From Eledone cirrhosa (taxonomy: Eukaryota), in NCBI GenBank assembly GCA_964016885.1, contig CAXHJY010001669.1:124001-188000 (forward strand): a DNA stretch of 64,000 nucleotides, written 5' to 3'. Below are positions 56,019 through 64,000 of the stretch, one piece after another (the first letter of the stretch is position 1; every line of letters begins with the position of its first letter). The position numbers and the translations under genes are program-made. The notes below the pieces were generated by a model. The model saw nothing but the letters and a program-made list of their open reading frames with translations. It did no database searches and was not told where the DNA came from.

Positions 56019-59000
56019 TCATATATAAAGAGTCTTGCAAAGCTTCTTGGGCCAATGTACTCGCCGACCGCTACGTGTGGTGGTGACATATGTAGGTGTA
56101 GGTGTGTGCGATGTTATATGTGTATTGTGGCTTGGCTGATGCCAGGTGTATGTGGGGGGAAAATGGGGCTCTTGTGTGAGAGTGTCTGTATAGGCCCGTT
56201 TTACCCTGTCAATGGACACAGTCTCTTTTTTACCCCCAATGTCTAGGGTGAATAGCTTATCTGTGCGCTCAAGTACGCGATAGGGACCGGTATAAGGTGG
56301 CATGAGAGGAGCTCTCACGGCGTCCTTTCGTAAAAAGACGTGGGTCCATGAAGCAATGTCTTTCGGGACCGAAGATTTGATTGTCTGTTGGCGAGGGTGC
56401 ATAGGCGGAAGATTGCTGAAATATGATTGCAGTCTGCTCACATACAGAGCTGGGTCTGTTGCTGGTAGGTCCAATGGAGCTAACATCTGACCAGGCAGAG
56501 ATATAGGCACTCCGTAAACCAACTCGGCGGGGGAGTAGCCTAGATCTTCCTTGATGGCTGCACGACCGCCCAGGAGGACAATTGGTACATATTCGCTCCA
56601 CCGCTGCTGATCCGGATAAGCGCGCAGTGCGGCTTTCAATTGGCGGTGGAAGCGTTCAATCATTCCGTTAGAAGCTGGATGGTAGCTGGTCGTTCGAATG
56701 CGTTGCATTCCCAGGATCCTTGAAAGCTCTCGGAAAAGGTGTGACTCAAATTGTCCACCGCGGTCAGTGGTGATAGTGGCTGGAACTCCGTAACGCGATA
56801 TCCAACCCGATACTAGGGCTCGCGCTACAGATTCCGCCGAAATGTCACTTAAAGGAATGGCTTCAGGCCAACGTGTGAAGCGATCTATGCAGGTCAGGAG
56901 GTATGTAAATCCTCGGCTGACCGGCCATGGTCCGACAAGATCTATATGGACATGGCTGAACCGAGCGTCTGGAGTGCTGAAAGTTCCAAGGGGTGCGCGG
57001 ATGTGTTTGTGCACCTTTGACTTTTGGCAGGATAGGCAGGAACGTGTCCAGGCAGTGATGTCACGCCTCATATTAGGCCAGAAGAATCTAGCCGAAATGA
57101 GCTTCACTGTGGTCGATATTCCAGGGTGTGCCAGACCGTGCAAGGTGTCGAAAACTGCTCGACGATGAGTCACTGGCACTAGAGGGCGAGGTGCATCTGT
57201 CGAGGTGTCGCAGATAATCTGTGTGTCCGAAGTGGGCACAGGCAGATATGCAAATTTGCCAGTTGCAAATTCAGAAGACGAGAGGTCCAAAGTATCCAGA
57301 GGTGGTTGTTCTGTGGCCATTCGTTGGAGGTCGATTTCCGCTGGCGATGACAGGGAATTAATTGGGAGGCGAGACAGTGCATCTGCCGCCGCATTCTGTT
57401 CACCAGAGATGTGTCGGATATCGCTGGTAAATTGCGAAACGAAGTCCAAGTGGCGAGTTTCGCGAGGTGAATATTTGTCCGGCTTAGAACGCAGTGCGAA
57501 CGTAAGCGGACGGTGGTCAGTGTATATAACAAATTGGCGACCCTCCAGTGAATGCCGAAAGTGTTTCACTGCAAGGTACATAGCCAAGAGTTCACGGCCG
57601 AATGTGCTATACCGTGTTTCTGCAGGCTTCAGCTGTTTAGAAAAGTAGGCAAGAGGTTGTAACTGTTGTTGGTGATGTTGTTGCAGTACTGCACCTACAG
57701 CTGTGCCTGATGCATCAACAACCAGTGAAAACTGGGCACCAGACACAGGATGTGCAAGCAGTGATGTCTCCGCAAGCCTCCGCTTCACTTCGTCGAAGGC
57801 TTTTAGCTGATTCGTGTCCAATGAAATGGAATCGTTCTTCTTTTTCCTGTTACGTAACAGGTCGGACAGAGGAGACAGGAGATCCGCACAGTGTGGGATA
57901 AAGCGCCTGTAATAGTTCAGTAGCCCAAGGAAATGTCGTAGTTGACGAAGTGAAGTGGGTGGTTGGAGGTCTTGTACCGCTTTCACTTTATCAGGTAGTG
58001 GCGAAATTCCTTCTGGGCTGATGACATGGCCCAAGAAGACAAGTGAGGAAGCACCGAAAACACATTTTGCCGGATTAATTCTCACTTGGTATTTTTGAAA
58101 TCTCTCGAACAGGAGACGGAGGTGAGTGACATGTTCCTCAGGTGAGGCACTTGCCACAAGAATGTCGTCGATGTAGTTGTACACGAAGTCTAAATCGCGC
58201 ACAACTTCATCCATAAATCGTTGGAACGTGCTGGCTGCGTTTCGCAAACCGAAAGGCATGGTCAAAAATTCAAACGCTCCAAATGGAGTTGTTACTGCAG
58301 TTTTAGGTATGTCTGCCGGGTTCACCGGGATTTGGTGGTATGCTTTGACCAAATCCAATTTGGAGAATATGTTGCATCCATGCAGCGAAGATGCAAAATC
58401 CTGTATGTGTGGTATCGGGTAGCGGTCGGGTACCGTCATTGCATTTAACCGGCGAAAGTCCCCAGTGGGACGCCAATCACCGGAACGCTTTGGTACCAAA
58501 TGCAAGGGTGCGGCCCACGGGCTTGAGGATGGGCGAATGATCCCGAGCTGCAGCATGTGATTGAATTCAGCCTTTGCGGCCTTCAGTTTCTCAGCAGAGA
58601 GACGGCGAGGGCGCGAAAACACAGGAGCTCCGGATGTTTCAATGTGGTGCTTGGTGGAGTGAGTAGGCTCACTCATCACAAAATTCAAATTTGTCAATTC
58701 CGGGAAGGAATGCAAAAGTGATTGGTAAGGATCTTCTGTAGCAGCGATAAAGAAGACCGGGCTGACCGACGAGACAGTCGATCTGGTACCCGGCACAGAC
58801 AGTTCTGTGTTGGCATCCAACAACCGGCGTCTGCGCATATCCACTATCAAGTTATAGTGGTGCAGGGAATCTGAGCCTAGGATGGGGTAAGGCAGATCAG
58901 CAACAGTGAAGATCCACGTGAAATCTCTACGCAATTCCAGGTTCAAAGAACGAGAAATCTGACCGTACGTGGGGATCGGTGACTGGTTTACTGCTTGCAG

Positions 59001-59180
59001 AGAGACGGTTGAGAGTTGGGGCTTCTCTTTGAGAAGTTTTAGCGGCCAAATGCTACAAGCCGCGCCGGTGTCGATCAGACAACGTGCTTGCGACTCAGTG
59101 TCTGTGATGAAAAACACACGGTTATTAGGGAGGGTCAGAGGAGACTGTGCCGTGCTCAGGTCTCCTGAAATCTGTTTCCC
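56019..59180 (-). CDS. pol: Pol polyprotein (PR-RT-RNase H-IN), expressed as a Gag-Pol fusion
   Basis: LIDTGA, YIDDIL, VDASG, HHCC finger, HIDLVGP/TTDRG/MIERFH DDE core, GPY motif; uninterrupted. Confidence 0.96.
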   Translation of the reverse strand, partial: GKQISGDLSTAQSPLTLPNNRVFFITDTESQARCLIDTGAACSIWPLKLLKEKPQLSTVSLQAVNQSPIPTYGQISRSLNLELRRDFTWIFTVADLPYPILGSDSLHHYNLIVDMRRRRLLDANTELSVPGTRSTVSSVSPVFFIAATEDPYQSLLHSFPELTNLNFVMSEPTHSTKHHIETSGAPVFSRPRRLSAEKLKAAKAEFNHMLQLGIIRPSSSPWAAPLHLVPKRSGDWRPTGDFRRLNAMTVPDRYPIPHIQDFASSLHGCNIFSKLDLVKAYHQIPVNPADIPKTAVTTPFGAFEFLTMPFGLRNAASTFQRFMDEVVRDLDFVYNYIDDILVASASPEEHVTHLRLLFERFQKYQVRINPAKCVFGASSLVFLGHVISPEGISPLPDKVKAVQDLQPPTSLRQLRHFLGLLNYYRRFIPHCADLLSPLSDLLRNRKKKNDSISLDTNQLKAFDEVKRRLAETSLLAHPVSGAQFSLVVDASGTAVGAVLQQHHQQQLQPLAYFSKQLKPAETRYSTFGRELLAMYLAVKHFRHSLEGRQFVIYTDHRPLTFALRSKPDKYSPRETRHLDFVSQFTSDIRHISGEQNAAADALSRLPINSLSSPAEIDLQRMATEQPPLDTLDLSSSEFATGKFAYLPVPTSDTQIICDTSTDAPRPLVPVTHRRAVFDTLHGLAHPGISTTVKLISARFFWPNMRRDITAWTRSCLSCQKSKVHKHIRAPLGTFSTPDARFSHVHIDLVGPWPVSRGFTYLLTCIDRFTRWPEAIPLSDISAESVARALVSGWISRYGVPATITTDRGGQFESHLFRELSRILGMQRIRTTSYHPASNGMIERFHRQLKAALRAYPDQQRWSEYVPIVLLGGRAAIKEDLGYSPAELVYGVPISLPGQMLAPLDLPATDPALYVSRLQSYFSNLPPMHPRQQTIKSSVPKDIASWTHVFLRKDAVRAPLMPPYTGPYRVLERTDKLFTLDIGGKKETVSIDRVKRAYTDTLTQEPHFPPTYTWHQPSHNTHITSHTPTPTYVTTTRSGRRVHWPKKLCKTLYI
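59116..59180 (-). promoter_or_regulatory. -1 programmed ribosomal frameshift signal
   Basis: G GGA AAC slippery heptamer in the gag frame, 7-nt spacer, predicted H-type pseudoknot. Confidence 0.85.
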
Positions 59181-60094
59181 TGGTCTGAAAATGTACAAGG
59201 CTGTTTACAGGAGCGTGCTGCTGCGCCAAAACGGCTGTGGTAGTAACACAAACCTGAACTGCTTGTGTGACGGCGTCGTGGCGAGGGTGAACGGCTCTGG
59301 AAACGGCGTCTGGGCGAATGAGCTCTGTGAGTGCTTAGTTTTCTCACTTCCTTGGTTAGCTGCTCTATTGCTTGCAGCATTGCTGCATTTGCAAGTGACT
59401 GGTCGGTATAACTGGCAGCCGCTGGAGTGAAGGAAGCGACCGCAGTCGGCGGCTGGGATACATTGAAGGAGACAGGAGCGAACGGATTGACCGCAGCCGG
59501 TGGCTGAGGTGCCTGGAAGGAGGCAGGAGAGAACGGATTGACCGCAGCCGGTGACTGAGGTGCCTGGAAGGGGGCAAATGAGGCTGGGTGTCCGATGACA
59601 CTCATAACCCTGTCGGCCGAAGCCGCTAGCTGGTCGACAGGAGCAGCCTCCATCATGGGCGCTAAGATCGCCTGAACTCCGGGGGGTAGCCTTGAGACAA
59701 AAAACTGTCTAAGGAGGGCACTGTCAGCTGGGGCATCTTCCGCCAGCTCTCTCATCCGACGCAGTAGTTGTGTGGGCGTCCGATCACCCAAATGTTCGTC
59801 ATTGACGAGCGTCTTAAATTTTTTTTCTGCGGACAATGTGGTCCGCCGCAACACTTCGAGCTTCACGCTCTCATAGGAGGCCCCAGGGCGAGGATCGGTA
59901 ATTAAGTCTTTGACGACCGACGTCAATGACGCTGGAAAAGCGCTTAACAGGAGATTTAACTGTCTGTGGTCACTGGTGATGTTATTCGCTGTGAAATGTG
60001 CTTCTATCTGGGCGAACCAGACAGTGACGTCACCGGTAAACGGTGGCAATGAAGTGCTACCCATTGTGTATACTGATGTAAAAGCAAAGGGCAA
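59156..60094 (-). CDS. gag: Gag protein
   Basis: [39 protein letters not shown] motifs; start may be the internal Met. Confidence 0.93.
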   Translation of the reverse strand: MPFAFTSVYTMGSTSLPPFTGDVTVWFAQIEAHFTANNITSDHRQLNLLLSAFPASLTSVVKDLITDPRPGASYESVKLEVLRRTTLSAEKKFKTLVNDEHLGDRTPTQLLRRMRELAEDAPADSALLRQFFVSRLPPGVQAILAPMMEAAPVDQLAASADRVMSVIGHPASFAPFQAPQSPAAVNPFSPASFQAPQPPAAVNPFAPVSFNVSQPPTAVASFTPAAASYTDQSLANAAMLQAIEQLTKEVRKLSTHRAHSPRRRFQSRSPSPRRRHTSSSGLCYYHSRFGAAARSCKQPCTFSDQGNRFQET

Positions 60095-60726
60095 AGAAAG
60101 GACAACTCTGCACTTGTCACCGAGACAAAAGTGAAAATTCAGGCCAAGAAAAAATATAATCCGAGTGAAGGACAGAAAAAGAAAAATATATCAAAAACAA
60201 TGTTGGAGGGAAAAACGTCAAGCTTTAAAAAAAAAAATTATGATTTATCTTTGTCCTATTATTTTTTTTTTTTTTTTGTGTACTTTTCAAAATGGCGTTG
60301 CCTCCGTCGTTTTGGCGGGAAAACAGCTGAAGAAGACGGAGGTCGGCCATCTTGCTCTGACCGGCTATCAGCACCAACAGTTTTTTTTTTTTTTATATAT
60401 ATATATAGCGTCGCCCAATCAGAAATTGAGAGGGAAAAATAAGATTTTTGTATTAACGCATGTGTTCGGTGATGTTAGAAAGTGAAGGTGTGATGTGCAG
60501 ATTTAGTAACAATAAGACAATATATCAAATACATATAAGGACTCACGCTAATCGCGTACATACCCCGAGAAAAGGCGAGTGGCTTTGTTTTTTTTGTTTT
60601 TTTTTGGGGGGGGGGGGGGGGATGCGAAATGTTGATGTGTTCGTTGCAACGGAAAGATGTGGTTTCTTCTGTGTTGATGTCCTTAAACGTTCGGGTCACT
60701 ATTTATAATGTGATTTGTTGTATCGT

Positions 60727-60744
60727 ATCACGTCGGGGTCACCA
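60727..60744 (-). promoter_or_regulatory. Primer binding site complementary to tRNA-Trp
   Basis: TGGTGACCCCGACGTGAT, 2 nt after the 5' LTR. Confidence 0.9.
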
Positions 60745-60746
60745 TT

Positions 60747-61149
60747 TATAACGGGTTTTAGGGTCAATTCTTAATATACATAATAGAGATCAGAAGGCAT
60801 TTAGAACATTGACTAAATCCATTATCGATGTTGTAACTCTATTTATTAGTCGTACATGTTGAACGGATACATTAGGTACAGGTCGTATCTACATGTGTAG
60901 GATGTAGCTTGGTCCGCTTCATTGCAAGATGGAGATGTTGTTAGCAGCGATGAGTGTAGCCTGGTCTTGTCGATAAGAGAGGTGCGTGTAGACTAATGAC
61001 TCTCTTGGTCACCTCCGCTCACACTGGTGACGTAGTTCTGGACAGTCGAATTAGTGCGCCGAAGGTTTTGATTGGCTCACACTTCAGCCAACTTACCTCC
61101 GTAACACCATTCCTCCGCAGAAGGAAAATACATTTTATTCACTGCTACA
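60747..61149 (-). repeat. 5' LTR
   Basis: Termini TGTAGC...GTTATA. Confidence 0.97.
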
Positions 61150-61229
61150 CACCCTCTTGAAACAGGTGTAAGGAAATAAAAATGATTTAAAAGTTAATGT
61201 ATTTATATTTCATTATATAATTATATATA

Positions 61230-62095
61230 CTAGCAGAAAAACCACCCTTCGAGTGGTTTTCTGCTAGCATGTGTAGTATGTATATTATACGCAAATATAT
61301 ATGCATGTATGTAAGTATGTATACGTACATACATATATGTATACAGACGTACAGTAGTATGTATATACATACATACATGCACACATATATATATGTATGG
61401 GTTTACCGAACATTTATTATAATGTTCGGTTTGTTTGTAAACAAACAGCCCGAATTAAGCCGTACAGTGTTCGGTAACCATCGTTGCCCTTTTGTTCAAC
61501 ACTGACAAAGGAACGATGAACTAGTTTCTAGCTTATTAGCTGTCATCAGCACTGTATACCTTCCTGTCAGTCGATTGAACGTTTGAAAGTATATACTTTC
61601 CTTATGCATATTAACGGCTGAGCAGCCTAATCTGCATATCGAGTGAGTTAGTCGGCCGGGCGTACCGAAAACGATAAATGGAAAAAATGAAATTTCATTT
61701 CTCACTCTTAGTACGGCTGATACTTAAATGTACGTATGTATACATACATACATATATGTATACAGAGGTACAGTAGTATGTATATACATACATACATGCA
61801 CACATATATATATTTCAAAGTTTATGTCGCGTTCCTGAACGAAGTTTTGTCGTTGTTGGGTAGTAGAGAGAGTGAATAAGCGTTTAAGAGAGAGGGTTAC
61901 AGCATGTATTTAGTTTTATCGATTTTTTCATTGAAGCAGGAAATTTTTGGCAATGTTTATTATGCGTTGACCATCGTTGGTAAATTTGGAGCACAAAGGA
62001 AAAGAAATCACCAAAATTGGTAGAGAAATGTGGAAATGCATAAAAATCACACACACACACACACAGACATCTTCCTTTATATATATATATTTATA
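61230..62095 (-). mobile_element. Non-autonomous Helitron-like element (3' end shared with 26350-26832)
   Basis: Same hairpin plus CTAG|T; 5' TATATAAAGGAAGATGTCTGTGTG; internal direct repeat near 61317 and 61736; 5' TC lost in (TA)n. Confidence 0.65.
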
Positions 62096-62264
62096 TATAC
62101 ATACATATATATATATATATATGTATGTATATATGTATATATGTATATATGTATATATGTATATATATATATATAATGGAAAATTAAAACGGGAACAAAA
62201 CAGAGAGGCAGTACAACGAATGTTTATTAATTTCACGCTCTGGTGAGTGGGGTGGTGGTGGGGA

Positions 62265-62297
62265 ACGACGTTTCGGGCATAAGCCCTTCCTCAGGTG
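62265..62297 (-). ncRNA. Ultra-minimal hammerhead-like motif (family 5) in a short (TA)n-flanked PLE end (about 62177-62447)
   Basis: CUGAGGA-A-GGGC UUAU GCCC-GAAA-CG-UC; ACGU palindrome; stem I only about 2 bp; AATAAA downstream. Confidence 0.65.
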
Positions 62298-62444
62298 AGA
62301 AGTGTGTGGGAAGAGAGTTCAAAGGGTGTGTAGGGGTGGGGGTGGGGTGGAGAGACATATAGCGAAAAGGGGGTGGGAGGAAACGGTGCGAATGAAATTA
62401 AAAATAAAAATAAAAATAAAGCATGATCAAAATAAAATGAAATG

Positions 62445-62478
<34 letters not shown>

Positions 62479-63198
62479 TTAAAGTATATGATAAACACGA
62501 AATGTGTTTACATTGCAACAGACAAAGTTAGCTATTAATGAAATAAACTAATAAAAGTGAATACAATTTGTCTGTCTCGATACAAGTCAATAAAGACAAG
62601 CTTATATTGGCAACTGCCATGATTCCTGGACATATTTAAATTTCAAAATTCAAACCTGTTCTGTAGACGAATTTGAACCTCGAAACCCAAATAAGTTTCG
62701 CAATGGTGGAATGTGAATTGAAAAATAAAGAGAATCGAAATGGAATAGAAATAAAAGAGTGAAATATCCAAATCATCTGTGCATATCAACAGGAATCCAG
62801 TAAGATTAGTCTATCTCACATCAAAATTTTTGCAGGACTGACTACACATGGGTAGGCAGGCCAAAACTAGCTATCCCACATTCACGGTGCTAGAAATAAC
62901 AGCCGCTTATGCAGGATTAAGGATCAGCTCTTACAATAAAGGAGCTATACATTATATTATATTTTGAGAATAAACTCTCAGTCGTTTACAATAATTAAGC
63001 TCCAGGAAGGGGCTCTTCCGATATATATATATATATATATATTCAGGTTTGAGGTTCACCACTGTATAGAGCTGGTCTATTCCGTATGGTCAATCGTAAT
63101 GCAATAATATAGAGAGTACTCAACGTAAAGCAGTTCAACCGTCTTTGTTTTTGTAGTTGGTGGTGCTATTACGGAGTTAAATATTATATCATTTCATT

Positions 63199-63271
<73 letters not shown>

Positions 63272-63432
63272 CAGTGAAATTCCGTTATAACGAAAAAATA
63301 ATTCGTTGTAATAAAAAATTCTTTATAACGATATCGACCTAACACATCGAGCCTGTGGCCGGGAATTGAAAAGAATTTCGTTATACTGAAAAATCCGTTA
63401 TAATGGTATACGTTATAACGGAATTTTACCTG
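63272..63432. mobile_element. pogo/Tigger-like MITE
   Basis: TIRs CAGTGAAATTCCGTTATAACG / CGTTATAACGGAATTTTACCTG in a TA context. Confidence 0.8.
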
Positions 63433-63792
63433 TATATATATATATATATGCGCCTCAACATCCATCCGAAAGAAATTTATAAATAATGAATCTAACCAAT
63501 TTTATTTGACATTTCCGATGATTTCATACGAATGAAACAATTCTAGTTCTTTTGTTCTATAGAAGTCACTTCTATGTAAAATAAATGTGCTTATTCTTTA
63601 CTAACGGGATAACATCTTCAATTATATATATTATTAAGTTCAATATCTTGATAGTGGACCTACTAAGTGTGATGAAAATATGTTCCGCATATGTGATCCA
63701 ATATAGAGATAGAATCAGGGTGTACAAAAGAGCTATAAGCAAAATTTAAAACCATCATAGAAAATGACGCGAATGAGATTTGCCCACTATAC

Positions 63793-63911
63793 AGATCATG
63801 GAATATTATAGGTCATGGAATATTATAGATCATGGAATATTATAGATCATGGAATATTATAGATCATGGAATATTATAGATCATGGAATATTATAGATCA
63901 TGGAATATTAT
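63793..63911. repeat. 17-bp tandem repeat AGATCATGGAATATTAT, 7 copies
   Basis: Direct reading of sequence; no spacers. Confidence 0.95.
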
Positions 63912-64000
63912 AAAAAGGACTAAGAGGAAAATAGGGAAAGTCAATTCATAGTATGACAACAACAAATACTAGAGTGTCATATTCGTCGACGCTACCCCTA

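Larger units (their letters stand above)
55394..61149 (-). mobile_element. Complete Gypsy/Ty3 LTR retrotransposon
   Basis: 403-bp LTRs, CACC target-site duplication (55390-55393, 61150-61153), PBS, PPT (55797-55810), gag and pol. Confidence 0.98.

Noticed and set aside
63793-63911. CRISPR-like array
   Set aside because: Head-to-tail 17-bp units without spacers, eukaryotic context, no cas genes

Overview
AT-rich, repeat-dominated eukaryotic DNA, probably octopus or another cephalopod (inferred from OK-type and Meta-domain SINEs and the microsatellite load). I found no confident host protein-coding gene; most ORFs in the track are microsatellite artefacts. Main contents: (1) three Penelope-like retroelements (PLEs; RT plus C-terminal GIY-YIG, Naiad-like) at about 1-4045, 34022-37880 and 41021-46665, plus many short non-autonomous PLE ends in (TA)n tracts; (2) about a dozen type I hammerhead ribozyme (HHR) copies from at least six sequence families, some decayed; (3) a young, intact Gypsy LTR retrotransposon (55394-61149) with apparently identical LTRs, a tRNA-Trp PBS and a -1 frameshift signal with pseudoknot; (4) a near full-length Tx1-like LINE inside a MITE inside a split mariner; (5) RTE and Dong/R4 LINE relics, two Helitron-type elements, MITEs and SINEs. 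The most novel observation is a small hairpin, RCUC-[inner stem]-UU-GAGY, that covaries between copies and recurs just 3' of the HHR in PLE families with otherwise dissimilar sequence. It is a candidate undescribed cis-acting RNA element for these telomerase-related RTs. All folds and alignments were done by eye.
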